DNA of 57,149 bases, from NCBI GenBank assembly GCA_947595045.1, contig CANQEN010000001.1, positions 1 through 57,149 on the forward strand, written 5' to 3'. Below the pieces are notes generated by a model. It did not search any database, was not told the origin of the DNA, and saw only the letters and a list, made by a program, of their open reading frames with translations. Position numbers and translations under genes: made by a program. Source of the stretch: an uncultured Bacilli bacterium (GTDB lineage: Bacteria > Bacillota_I > Bacilli_A > RF39 > UBA660). Positions 1 to 9,473 of the stretch are shown one piece after another (within the stretch, counting starts at the first letter, position 1; each line of letters starts with the position of its first letter).

Positions 1-1
1 C

Positions 2-372
2 TATGTCTGGCAACTAGACTTTCTTGGAACAATTAAGACAGATAACAATAATATTTTATCATTTATGCTACCTAATTCGCAATTTGTAATATTAGATTTA
101 TTTAAAAATTCTAATCAAGATAAAGTTGTAGGTTTCTTTGATGAGTTAGAAGAAAGAAGGCTTGTAAAACCTATATCTATAGAAGATAAAGTTGAAAGCC
201 AAATTTTAATAGAAGAAATAAAAAAATACAAACAACTCATTACCTAATATACAAAAGGAAAATAAAAAACTATTATTTTGAAGATATGTCATTAGAGCAA
301 ATCGCTGCTGAAGAAAATTGTAGTAAAGTTGCAGTTAAGTATAGTATTGATATTGCTTTGCAAAAAATTTAA
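2..372 (+). pseudogene. Sigma-70 region-4-like HTH regulator remnant, broken by frameshifts (partial at window edge)
   Basis: Frame 2 is open from the window start to TAA 245-247 (..ILIEEIKKYKQLIT*). Frame 3, 237-281, reads SLPNIQKENKKLLF*. Frame 1, 274-372, reads YFEDMSLEQIAAEENCSKVAVKYSIDIALQKI*. Joined, these give the LP..KE...L.YFEDMS..IA....S..VK pattern of sigma-70 region 4. Confidence 0.5.
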
Positions 373-406
373 AAATTAGACTTAACTTTTTGTTTCTAAA
401 GTGCCA

Positions 407-450
407 AACAAGTGAGGGAGGGTTAAATCCTTTCTCACTTGTTCTTTTTG
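407..450 (+). terminator. Rho-independent terminator
   Basis: AACAAGTGAGGGAGG (407-421) pairs with CCTTTCTCACTTGTT (429-443): 10 Watson-Crick pairs plus G-U pairs, a 7-nt loop, then CTTTTTG. Confidence 0.7.
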
Positions 451-458
451 TTTATTAA

Positions 459-1127
459 GAACAATGTTCAGTTTTAATGGGATTAAGAAAACAGGAAATC
501 AATGCTTTAAAATACTCTAACATTGATTATATAAATAGAAAATTATATTTAACATTACAACTAGGTAGAAAAACAAATGATACAATAGATGATTATCCTA
601 GAAAAATTCTTACTAAACAAGAGGTTAAATTAAAATCTCATAATAGTGAAATAGTTTTAGATATTCCAGATATGGTATTTGAGGCTATTATAAATGAAAG
701 CCAAAAATACAAAAGGAATAAAAAACGAAGAATAAATGACAAAACTAATCCTTTTTATGATCATAACTATATATGTTGATCAATTTATGGGAAGCCAAGA
801 AGCAAAGATTTTCATAGAAGATATTATTTAAAATTATTAAAGGATAATAATTTGCCAAATATTAGCTTTCATGATCTTAGACATACTTATTCCACACTTC
901 TTTTAATCAACAATTATGATTTAAAAGCAATATCAGAATTATTAGGACATGCTTCTACTATTATTACATCAAATGTTTATTTTGATAAAAATAGATTGAT
1001 AATAGATTGTACGAAGGAGATGAACGGATATGTTAATCGTGTTAAACCAAATGAAAATAAGAAAGATAGAACTAATCCAATTTTAAATGATTTGGACACG
1101 AATTTTATGGTAAAAAGGTTTTTATAA
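459..1127 (+). pseudogene. Tyrosine recombinase (phage/ICE integrase) remnant, 5'-truncated and with an in-frame TGA at 777-779
   Basis: ORFs 477-779 and 852-1127 are in the same frame. The reading frame only opens at 459, directly after the terminator, and starts in the catalytic domain (GLRKQEINALKYSNIDY). The downstream part has HDLRHTYSTLLL and LGHASTIITSNVY (R-H-R-Y catalytic-domain motifs). The N-terminal DNA-binding half is missing. Confidence 0.75.
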
Positions 1128-1363
1128 AAATTTTGTTAAACTTATAAAAATAATAACAGGGAAGCATATTGTTGTTTCCTTGTTTTGTTTGTAAAATAGT
1201 GCTAGAATATATTAATGAAATGTGTTTTATATCATTTAATGTTATTTAATGATATTTAGTAAATTTGTGGCCAACATTCGTGTCCTAGTAAAAAAGTCAG
1301 ATTTTGAAAGCAAAAATTTTGATTTGGACACGAATTTTTAATAAATGGACACGAATTTTGTGG
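1089..1363. repeat. Four copies of GGACACGAAT(T/G)TT (three direct, one inverted), including a perfect 18-bp direct repeat
   Basis: GATTTGGACACGAATTTT occurs at 1089-1106 and 1321-1338. GGACACGAATTTT occurs again at 1347-1359. The inverted copy AACATTCGTGTCC is at 1273-1285. Confidence 0.85.
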
Positions 1364-1392
1364 TTGGTAGTAGTCGTAGTAAGGAGGCAATT

Positions 1393-3342
1393 ATGTTTAA
1401 ATTAGTATCAAAATATAAACCAAGTGGAGATCAACCCCAAGCTATAGAAGCATTAGTTAAAGGTATTAAGGAGGGCAAAAAACATCAAGTATTACTAGGG
1501 GCAACGGGAACTGGAAAAACTTTTACAATAGCTAATGTCATTAAAGAAGTTAATAAACCTACTCTAGTTTTGGCTCATAATAAGACACTTGCAGGGCAAC
1601 TTTATGCAGAATTTAAAGAGTTGTTTCCAAATAATCATGTTGAATATTTTGTCTCTTATTACGACTATTATCAACCAGAAGCTTATGTAGCTAAAACAGA
1701 TACATATATTGAAAAAGATGCAGCTATAAATGATGAAATAGATGAATTAAGACATTCAGCTACCTCTTCTTTATTAAATTATCAAGATGTTATTGTAGTA
1801 GCATCTGTTTCATGTATTTATGGAATTGGTGATAAAGAAAGTTATAGTGAAAAAATGATAACTATACATCAAGGTGAAGAAATAGAGAGAGATCAAATAT
1901 TAGAAAAATTAGTAGCAATGATGTATGAACGAAATAATATGGATTTAAAAAGAGGTACTTTTAGAGCTAAAGGTGACGTTTTAGAAATAGTACCTATAAA
2001 TCAACATAGTAAAGGAATAAGAATAGAATTTTTTGGGGATGAAGTAGATCGTATTAGTGAATTTGATGTATTAACAGGAAAAGTCATTCAAGATAAAAAA
2101 GTAGTTAGTATCTTTCCAGCTAGTCATTTTGTTACTAGTGAAGATAAATTGAAGACAGCTATAACTAATATAAAAATAGAATTAGAAGAACAATTAGAAC
2201 ATTTTAAAAAAGAAAATAAATTATTAGAATATCAAAGACTAATGGAGAGAACTAATTATGATATTGAAATGTTATCTGAAACAGGATCATGTAGAGGGGT
2301 AGAAAATTATTCACGACATTTAGCTTTAAAAGGACCAGGAGAAGCACCATATACTTTAATCGATTTTTTTGGGGAAGATTTTTTATTAGTAATAGATGAA
2401 TCACATGTTACTATTCCCCAAATTGGTGGTATGTATAATGGTGATAGAGCCAGAAAAGAAGTATTAGTTGACTATGGCTTTAGATTACCTAGTGCATTAG
2501 ATAATAGACCATTAAGATTTTCTGAATTTGAACAAAAAGTAAAACAAGCTATATATGTATCAGCAACCCCAGGTGATTATGAATTGAATAAAACCAATAA
2601 TGAAATAGTAGAACAAATAATTAGACCGACAGGCTTGTTGGATCCTATAATTGAAGTTAGACCAACTACTAATCAAATAGATAATTTAGTTGAAGAAATA
2701 AATCAAATGATAAGTAAAAATAGTCGGGTATTAATTACAACCTTAACTATTAGAATGGCTGAAGAATTAACTAATTATTTAAAAAAGATAGATATTAAGG
2801 TAGCTTATCTTCATTCAGAAATAAAAACATTAGAACGTATGAAAATAATAAGAGATTTACGTATGGGTAAATATGATGTCTTAGTTGGCATAAACTTATT
2901 AAGAGAAGGATTAGATATTCCAGAAGTAGAATTAATAGCTATAATGGATGCTGATAAACAGGGTTTTTTACGTAGTGAAAAAAGTTTAATTCAAACCATT
3001 GGAAGAGCTGCTCGTAATGAAAATGGTCGTGTTATTATGTATGCTGATATAATGAGTGATGCAATGGAGAAAGCTATTAATGAAACAAAGCGACGTCGAA
3101 CAATTCAAGAAAAATATAATAAAGAACATGGTATAATACCAAAAACAATTATAAAAGAAATAAGAGAAGTTATTTCTAATAATAAAGAACTAGAAAATAA
3201 AGAAACTAAATTAACTAAAAAGGATAAGCAACATTTAATTATTAAAATTGAGAAAGAAATGAAAGAAGCAGCAAAAGAGCTTGATTTTGAAAGAGCGATG
3301 GAACTTAGAGATGCTTTATTTGAATTAAAAAGTGAAGAGTGA
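1393..3342 (+). CDS. uvrB: Excinuclease ABC subunit B
   Basis: Walker A GATGTGKT; helicase motifs; C-terminal UVR motif [25 protein letters not shown] lies 5 nt before ATG 1393. The longer ORF start at 1345 has no RBS. Confidence 0.95.
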   Translation: MFKLVSKYKPSGDQPQAIEALVKGIKEGKKHQVLLGATGTGKTFTIANVIKEVNKPTLVLAHNKTLAGQLYAEFKELFPNNHVEYFVSYYDYYQPEAYVAKTDTYIEKDAAINDEIDELRHSATSSLLNYQDVIVVASVSCIYGIGDKESYSEKMITIHQGEEIERDQILEKLVAMMYERNNMDLKRGTFRAKGDVLEIVPINQHSKGIRIEFFGDEVDRISEFDVLTGKVIQDKKVVSIFPASHFVTSEDKLKTAITNIKIELEEQLEHFKKENKLLEYQRLMERTNYDIEMLSETGSCRGVENYSRHLALKGPGEAPYTLIDFFGEDFLLVIDESHVTIPQIGGMYNGDRARKEVLVDYGFRLPSALDNRPLRFSEFEQKVKQAIYVSATPGDYELNKTNNEIVEQIIRPTGLLDPIIEVRPTTNQIDNLVEEINQMISKNSRVLITTLTIRMAEELTNYLKKIDIKVAYLHSEIKTLERMKIIRDLRMGKYDVLVGINLLREGLDIPEVELIAIMDADKQGFLRSEKSLIQTIGRAARNENGRVIMYADIMSDAMEKAINETKRRRTIQEKYNKEHGIIPKTIIKEIREVISNNKELENKETKLTKKDKQHLIIKIEKEMKEAAKELDFERAMELRDALFELKSEE

Positions 3343-3366
3343 TATAATTATCAAGGAGCTGAGAAT

Positions 3367-3780
3367 ATGAATACTAAAACCACTAAACCATCAATTTCTA
3401 AAAAAATTGATTTAGCTATTCATCTTTTAGGATATACTTTAGTTTTAATAACTATATCAGTTATATTTAAAAAAACAGTATATATAGATAATGCTTTATT
3501 CGGATTATGGGGTTTAATAGCTGTAATAATTATATTTATTTTAAATAGAACTGTTAAACCATTATTAGTATGGTTAACATTACCATTAACAGCGCTAACT
3601 TTAGGTCTATTTTATCCTATTATAAATGTATTAGTATTAAAAATAACTGATTGGATATTAATGAATCATTTTGAAATAGATGGCTTTTTTATGGTATTTA
3701 TAGTATCTATTATAATTTCTATTATGAATGCTATTATGGATAATGTCATTATTGATACTTTTTTAAAGAGGAGATATTAA
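3367..3780 (+). CDS. YvlD-like (phage holin family 4-type) small membrane protein
   Basis: 137 aa with 4 hydrophobic helices. NRTVKPLLVWLTLPLTALTLGLFYPIINVLVL resembles the YvlD/PF04020 core. RBS GGAGCTGAG. Confidence 0.55.
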   Translation: MNTKTTKPSISKKIDLAIHLLGYTLVLITISVIFKKTVYIDNALFGLWGLIAVIIIFILNRTVKPLLVWLTLPLTALTLGLFYPIINVLVLKITDWILMNHFEIDGFFMVFIVSIIISIMNAIMDNVIIDTFLKRRY

Positions 3781-4562
3781 TGAATCCTATTTTTATAACT
3801 ATTGGATCTATTCATATATATTGGTATGCTATTATTATTTTATTAGCTTTTGTTATTGGTTATAGCTTAGCTTCAATAGAAGTCAAAAAACAAAATATAC
3901 CAAAAGACTTTTTATCTAATTTTTTCTTTTATTTGATACCTATTGTTATTATTGGGGCTAGAATATATTATGTTATCTTTGAATGGGAACAATATCAAAA
4001 TAATTGGTTAGATATATTTAAAATATGGAATGGTGGTTTAGCAATCCATGGTGGTTTAATAGCTGGTCTTATTTTTACCGTATATTACACCCATAAATAT
4101 AAAATAAATACTTTAAAGTTTTTAGACATTATAGTTGTTAGTTTAGCCATAGGTCAAGCAATAGGACGTTGGGGTAACTTTGTTAATGGTGAAGCCTATG
4201 GACCTATTACCACTTTACATACTCTACAACAATTATATATTCCTAATTTTATAATTCAAGGGATGAAAATTGGTTTAAATTATTATCACCCAACTTTCCT
4301 TTATGAATCTTTATTATCTATATTAACTTTTATTATTTTAATTGTAGTTAGAAAAATAAAAAAAATTAAAATAGGTCAATTAACGTCAATTTATTTGATT
4401 ATGTATGGAATAAATAGATTTATTATTGAAGCACTTAGACAAGATAGTTTGATGTTAGCGCATTTTAAAGTAGCTCAAATAGTATCAATTTTCATGATTA
4501 TAGGGGGAATAAGTTTGATGATATATTCAGTACGTAAATTGGAATATTATCATGAGAGGTGA
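3780..4562 (+). CDS. lgt: Prolipoprotein diacylglyceryl transferase
   Basis: YWYAIIILLAF, GARIYYV, GGLAIHGG and GQAIGRWGNFVNGEAYG (Lgt signature). TAATG overlap with the upstream gene. Confidence 0.9.
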   Translation: MNPIFITIGSIHIYWYAIIILLAFVIGYSLASIEVKKQNIPKDFLSNFFFYLIPIVIIGARIYYVIFEWEQYQNNWLDIFKIWNGGLAIHGGLIAGLIFTVYYTHKYKINTLKFLDIIVVSLAIGQAIGRWGNFVNGEAYGPITTLHTLQQLYIPNFIIQGMKIGLNYYHPTFLYESLLSILTFIILIVVRKIKKIKIGQLTSIYLIMYGINRFIIEALRQDSLMLAHFKVAQIVSIFMIIGGISLMIYSVRKLEYYHER

Positions 4563-5515
4563 ATATGAAACATAAAGTAGTTGTTTTAGGTGGTGGGACT
4601 GGAATGTCTTATCTACTTCGATGTTTAAAACAATATCCAATTGATATAACAGCTATTGTATCTGTTTGTGATGATGGTAATAGTACTGGTATATTGCGAG
4701 AAGAATTTAATATACCAGCTGTTGGTGATATTAGAAAAGTATTAGTTGCTTTAGCTGAAACAGAACCATTGGTAATGGATTTATTTAATTATCGTTTTAG
4801 TACGACTAGTGATTTAGACGGACATGCTGTGGGAAATCTATTATTGACAGCTATGACAGAAATTAATGGTAATTTATCAGATGGTATTGAAGCTTTAAGT
4901 AAAGTATTAAATTTAAAGGGTAAAGTAGTACCACTAACTGAGGATAATGTTATTTTAATGGCTAAAATGAAAGATGGAACTATTGTTGAGGGAGAGCATA
5001 ATATAACTATGTCTAAAAAACAAATTGATAAAGTTTATTATAAAGAAAATCCAACTCCAACCATAGCTGCTTTAAAGGCAATAGAAGAAGCTGACTTAAT
5101 TATATTAAGTATGGGTAGCTTATTCACTAGTATTATTCCTAATTTAATCTGTGATAAAGTAATTGAACAAATAGAAAAGAGCCAAGCAAAAATAATGTAT
5201 GTGTGCAATATGATGACTCAGCCTGGAGAAACAGATTCATTTACAGTAACAGATCATGTAATTATGTTAAATAAATATTTAGGAGATCGTAAAGTTGATG
5301 TAGTTATAGCCAATAATGGAGAAATTGATAGTGAATTAGCTAAAAAATATGAAACATGTGAGCAAAAAAATCCTGTTATTTTTGATGAATCTAATTTTAA
5401 AAAACTAGATAATCAAATTATAGGTGATGATTTAGTATCTATTTCAAATAATATGCTACGACATAATATTGTTAAATTAGGATTTCATATTTTCTCATAT
5501 TTATTACAATTGTAG
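4559..5515 (+). CDS. yvcK: Gluconeogenesis factor YvcK (CofD-like, UPF0052)
   Basis: VVVLGGGTGMSYLLRCLK and ITAIVSVCDDGNSTGILR motifs. GTG start at 4559, or ATG at 4565. Sits upstream of whiA as in other Firmicutes. Confidence 0.9.
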   Translation: MNMKHKVVVLGGGTGMSYLLRCLKQYPIDITAIVSVCDDGNSTGILREEFNIPAVGDIRKVLVALAETEPLVMDLFNYRFSTTSDLDGHAVGNLLLTAMTEINGNLSDGIEALSKVLNLKGKVVPLTEDNVILMAKMKDGTIVEGEHNITMSKKQIDKVYYKENPTPTIAALKAIEEADLIILSMGSLFTSIIPNLICDKVIEQIEKSQAKIMYVCNMMTQPGETDSFTVTDHVIMLNKYLGDRKVDVVIANNGEIDSELAKKYETCEQKNPVIFDESNFKKLDNQIIGDDLVSISNNMLRHNIVKLGFHIFSYLLQL

Positions 5516-5523
5516 GTGATTAT

Positions 5524-6441
5524 ATGTCCTTTACTAGTATTGTTAAAAATGAAGTTAGTAAGTTAGTTAGTGATAAAGTAGAAAATATATCAGAATTATC
5601 AGCTATTTTAAGAAATAGTTCAAATATTAATGATAATATTAAAATAACGACAGAGAATGCTAGTGTCGCTAGACATATTTTTTCTTTATTGAAAGAAACA
5701 TATGGTATTATTGCTAAAATAACAGTTAGACGAGGTTATAATTATAATAAAAAATACATTTATATTTTAGAGATTAATCATAAAATTAAATTTATTATAG
5801 AATCCTTAAATTTAGATAGAGATATTCCTAATGAGTATTTAATAAGTGATGATAAGACAACTAGAGCTTATTTAAAAGGCTTATTTCTAGCTTGTGGAAG
5901 TATTAATGATCCCAAGAAATCTCGCTACCATTTAGAATTTTTTGTAAATAGTGAGACTTATGCTAAATATATTAGTAATTTATTAAATCAGTTTTCATTA
6001 AAAAGTAAATATTTAAAGCGTGATAATAAATATATGATTTATATTAAAGAGGCTGAAAAAATAGGTGACTTTTTAAGAATTATCAATGCTATAAATGCCC
6101 TATTCTATTATGAAGATATTAGAATATATAGGGATCATAAAAATATGACTAATAGATTAAATAACTGTGAACAAGCTAATGTTGATAAAGCCATTAGTAG
6201 CGCTATGGATCAATTAAAAGATATTGAATTAATAGAATCAATTAGTGGTTTAGAATTATTGTCAGAAAAAGAACAAATAGTAGCTATCTATCGTCAAAAA
6301 TATAAAGAATCTACACTACAAGAATTAAGTGAAATAATTAGTTTAGAGACAGGTATTAATATTACTAAATCAGGTATTTATCATCGTTTAAAAAAAATTA
6401 AAGATTTAGCTAATAAAATAAGGAACAAAAAAAGTGACTAA
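5524..6441 (+). CDS. whiA: DNA-binding sporulation/cell-division regulator WhiA
   Basis: SFTSIVKNEV N-terminus, LAGLIDADG-like middle region (YLKGLFLACGSINDP) and a C-terminal HTH. Conserved position after yvcK. Confidence 0.9.
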   Translation: MSFTSIVKNEVSKLVSDKVENISELSAILRNSSNINDNIKITTENASVARHIFSLLKETYGIIAKITVRRGYNYNKKYIYILEINHKIKFIIESLNLDRDIPNEYLISDDKTTRAYLKGLFLACGSINDPKKSRYHLEFFVNSETYAKYISNLLNQFSLKSKYLKRDNKYMIYIKEAEKIGDFLRIINAINALFYYEDIRIYRDHKNMTNRLNNCEQANVDKAISSAMDQLKDIELIESISGLELLSEKEQIVAIYRQKYKESTLQELSEIISLETGINITKSGIYHRLKKIKDLANKIRNKKSD

Positions 6442-6452
6442 TCACTTTTTTT
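6427..6452. terminator. Perfect palindrome shared by the 3' ends of two convergent genes (candidate bidirectional terminator)
   Basis: AAAAAAAGTGA (6427-6437), loop CTAA, TCACTTTTTTT (6442-6452). It has 11-bp arms with an A-run on one side and a T-run on the other. Confidence 0.5.
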
Positions 6453-7937
6453 CTTTACTAAACTTTTATTATCATTATTATGTAATGATAACAAACTATA
6501 AATGTTTTCTATATTATTAGTCAATATCCATTTATTATCAATTTGATCTATTTCTAATTTTAAATTAATAAACTCTCTAGTTTTAAAATTAAAAAATTGC
6601 GTTTTACCAGATTCATCATTTATCTCTAACAAATTAAAATTATTTTTGTGTACCCTACTCTTTTTATTATTCATTAAAATATTACTATTATCATCAATTA
6701 TAGTATAAGCATCATAGTTTCGTGCCCAATTTCCAGAATGATAACATAATATACCATGATCATAATATATATGGTTATGTCCCATATGAGTTAATTCAAA
6801 TAAAACTTTTAAATTTTCATCAATTATATGATATTTAATTACATTACCTTTATCTTCTATCATAGCAATACAAACACCATCACAGAAAGAATTTATTTCA
6901 GTATAAGGAACATTAATTTTATTATTACTTTGAGCATTATAAATATAGTTTTGATTATTTTGGGTAATAAAGAAGTATTTATAATTACTGTCATTTAAGG
7001 CTTCTACGTTTTTACAATTTTTTATCAAAATTTCAAGTGTTTTTTGATTCATTATACCATAGGAGTTATCATTATAACAAATTTTAACAAAATCTTTTTG
7101 TATTAAATAAGAACTAAGACTAAAATTACCAGATAGAATTTTATCATTTTCTAAATTAATAAAAATAGTCTTATAATTTTGCTGTGCTATTGTAAAACTC
7201 ATAATAAAATGGTTATCAAAACCACCAATTAAAGATGGCCTACCTTTAATTCCTATTTCATAGTTTTTTAAAATTTCTAACTTATTATTTAAAATAAATA
7301 GTGTACCATCTTTTAAAACACCAATTCTATCTTTATTAAATTGTATAATATAATTAGCTTTATCTATGTAAACTTCTTTATTAAAACCAATAATAGAAGA
7401 AGCTGTCGATTGATTTAATATAAATTTATTATTATCTATAATATCAATATTACCTTGAATTGGAGAAATGATAGTATAACCATCTCTATCTATAGCCTTG
7501 CTTTGATTATTATTAGTTGATTTAAGTAGTAACAAATTATTTTCATAACTTTTACAATACATATTATCTGGTATAGAAATATAATTTAAATTATCTAAAT
7601 TATAAATTTTCTTACCATATTTACCATAATCAATCTCTAATAGTCCTTCTTTAATATAATTAATATTTCTTGCTTTTTTTATTAACCTTTTTTGATCATG
7701 AATTCTAACTAAAGAATACTCTAAAAAATAATTTTCACTAATTAAGTAGTCAATATTTTGATATCTTATTACTTTAACCTCTGAATAATTATCACATTCT
7801 AAAGTTAAAGTATCATTAGTTATAAAGTTTATATCTATACTTCTAGTTTTGCCAATTACATGAATATAACCAAAATCTAATTTATCAATTGATGTAACAT
7901 CCATATATTTATAAATATTATCTAATTTATTTTCCAT
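6438..7937 (-). CDS. Hypothetical 499-aa protein with degenerate WG-like beta repeats
   Basis: Long clean ORF with RBS GAAGGAGG before ATG 7937. No TM or signal peptide by eye. Recurrent segments of the (Y/I)G(I/V)(M/L)(N/K)...(I/L)(L/I) type (SYGIMNQKTLEILIKN, IGVLKDGTLFILNNKLEIL, AIDRDGYTIISPIQ). Confidence 0.6.
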   Translation of the reverse strand: MENKLDNIYKYMDVTSIDKLDFGYIHVIGKTRSIDINFITNDTLTLECDNYSEVKVIRYQNIDYLISENYFLEYSLVRIHDQKRLIKKARNINYIKEGLLEIDYGKYGKKIYNLDNLNYISIPDNMYCKSYENNLLLLKSTNNNQSKAIDRDGYTIISPIQGNIDIIDNNKFILNQSTASSIIGFNKEVYIDKANYIIQFNKDRIGVLKDGTLFILNNKLEILKNYEIGIKGRPSLIGGFDNHFIMSFTIAQQNYKTIFINLENDKILSGNFSLSSYLIQKDFVKICYNDNSYGIMNQKTLEILIKNCKNVEALNDSNYKYFFITQNNQNYIYNAQSNNKINVPYTEINSFCDGVCIAMIEDKGNVIKYHIIDENLKVLFELTHMGHNHIYYDHGILCYHSGNWARNYDAYTIIDDNSNILMNNKKSRVHKNNFNLLEINDESGKTQFFNFKTREFINLKLEIDQIDNKWILTNNIENIYSLLSLHNNDNKSLVKKKSD

Positions 7938-8061
7938 AAAACCTCCTTCATTGTTCTATATTTCAACAAATATAAAATTTAATTGCAATTAAAATTTTTT
8001 TCTTTTTAAGACAATTAATTAAATTTATAGTATAATATAATTAGTTGCATAAGAAGGTGAA

Positions 8062-9030
8062 ATGATGAATAACTTATTTAATAAAATGACATCATTATTA
8101 AAAAAATATGATTCAGTTATTTTAATGGGACATCAAAATCCTGATTTAGATGCAATTGGATCTATGCTAGGTATGTATGAAATATTATTAAAGTTAAAAA
8201 TAACTCCATACTTATTTTTAAAGAAAGATAATAATAGTTATGATGATACTATCAAAGAAATAATAAAATTAACAAATAAATATAATTATACATACATAAA
8301 TAAATATAAAAATATAATAACTGACAAAACTTTATTAATTATATTAGATGTTCATCAAGATAATAGAATAGAATATCCTAAAATATTAAACAGCAAAATA
8401 GACGTTATAGTATTAGATCATCATATAAAGAATAGTAATTATATTAGAAATACGGTTTTATTTTATATTGATTCTAGCTTATCTAGTATGGTTGAATTAG
8501 TAGGACATTATTCTAAATATTTAAATATTCCATTTACCTCTATAACTGCAACAGTTATGTTAGGGGGGTTAGAAATAGATACTAATATGTATAATTTAAA
8601 AACAACAGAACAAACCTATAAAATAGCTGCCTATTTTACTAAATTAGGAGCTGATAATATATTAAAACAAAATTTATTAAAAGAAAATAAAGCCGATTAT
8701 TTGAGAAAAGCTGATTTTATAAAGAAAAGTTATACTATTGATAATATAGCTATATGTGTTATTAATAATAAATTTAAAAATAGTGAATTAGCTGAAATAG
8801 CAGATGAATTATTAAAATTTGAAGATATAGAGGCTTCCTTTGTAATTGGAAAACTAGATAATAATTATATAGGAATAAGTGCTAGATCTATAGGAAATAT
8901 AGATGTCTGTACTATTATGAAATTATTTAATGGTGGAGGACATTCTAATACAGCTGCAGCTCAGATAGAAAATACCACGATTAAAGAGATAGAACAACAA
9001 TTAAAAGAAAGGTTGGAAAATATACAATGA
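8062..9030 (+). CDS. DHH/DHHA1 family phosphoesterase (GdpP/NrnA-like, catalytic domains only)
   Basis: HQNPDLDAIGS (DxD), VLDHHI (DHH), GGGHSNTAAAQ (DHHA1 GGGH). Sits directly upstream of rplI, where yybT/gdpP sits in Bacilli. Confidence 0.85.
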   Translation: MMNNLFNKMTSLLKKYDSVILMGHQNPDLDAIGSMLGMYEILLKLKITPYLFLKKDNNSYDDTIKEIIKLTNKYNYTYINKYKNIITDKTLLIILDVHQDNRIEYPKILNSKIDVIVLDHHIKNSNYIRNTVLFYIDSSLSSMVELVGHYSKYLNIPFTSITATVMLGGLEIDTNMYNLKTTEQTYKIAAYFTKLGADNILKQNLLKENKADYLRKADFIKKSYTIDNIAICVINNKFKNSELAEIADELLKFEDIEASFVIGKLDNNYIGISARSIGNIDVCTIMKLFNGGGHSNTAAAQIENTTIKEIEQQLKERLENIQ

Positions 9031-9464
9031 GAATAATTTTATTACATGATATAAAAAAGCAAGGTAAAAAAGGTGACGTTTTAGAAGTAAAAGATGGTTA
9101 TGGCCAGTTTTTAATTACACAAGGAAAAGCTATTATGGCTACTAACCAAAATATTGGAAAATTAAATCAAGAAAAGAAAGAACAACAGAAATTAGAACAA
9201 GAAGAAATAAAAGAATGTCAAAAAATTAAACAAAAATTGGAACAGGAAATTATTGTTTTTAAAGTAAAAACAGGCTTACAAGATAAAGTATTTGGAAGTA
9301 TTAGTGTTAAACAAATAAATGAACAATTAAATAAAATGGGATATAAAATTGATAAAAAACAAATTATAATTGATAGTCCATTAGATTGTTTAGGGATACA
9401 CAATATTAATATAAAATTACATAAGCAAGTAATAGCAACTATAAAAGTAAATTTAACAAAATGA
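9027..9464 (+). CDS. rplI: 50S ribosomal protein L9
   Basis: MRIILLHDIKKQGKKGDVLEVKDGYGQFLI N-terminal domain; 145 aa. Confidence 0.93.
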   Translation: MRIILLHDIKKQGKKGDVLEVKDGYGQFLITQGKAIMATNQNIGKLNQEKKEQQKLEQEEIKECQKIKQKLEQEIIVFKVKTGLQDKVFGSISVKQINEQLNKMGYKIDKKQIIIDSPLDCLGIHNINIKLHKQVIATIKVNLTK

Positions 9465-9473
9465 GGTGATTAA

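Noticed and set aside
777-779. The in-frame TGA in the integrase might be read as Trp (genetic code 4, Mollicute-like).
   Set aside because: uvrB (3340-3342), lgt (4560-4562), rplI and several other genes terminate at TGA exactly at the expected C-termini, so TGA is a stop here. The integrase is also 5'-truncated, so it is a pseudogene.
1266-1290. Possible LexA (Cheo) box upstream of uvrB (CCAACATTCGTGTCC).
   Set aside because: Compared with CGAAC-N4-GTTCG, the half-sites carry about three mismatches (CAAC / GTGT). The sequence is better explained as the inverted copy of the GGACACGAAT repeat.
9218-9403. Short antisense ORFs in the track: 9218-9403, 13398-13631, 16401-16646, 17539-17730, 19672-19932, 20763-20987, 24583-24780, 37148-37390, 44390-44641, 46097-46306, 47840-48055, 48268-48546, 49893-50075, 50308-50613, 50839-51066, 54681-54920, 55145-55345 and 56311-56610.
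   Set aside because: Each is embedded in, and antisense to, a confidently identified gene. They have no RBS and hydrophobic low-complexity translations typical of AT-rich shadow frames.
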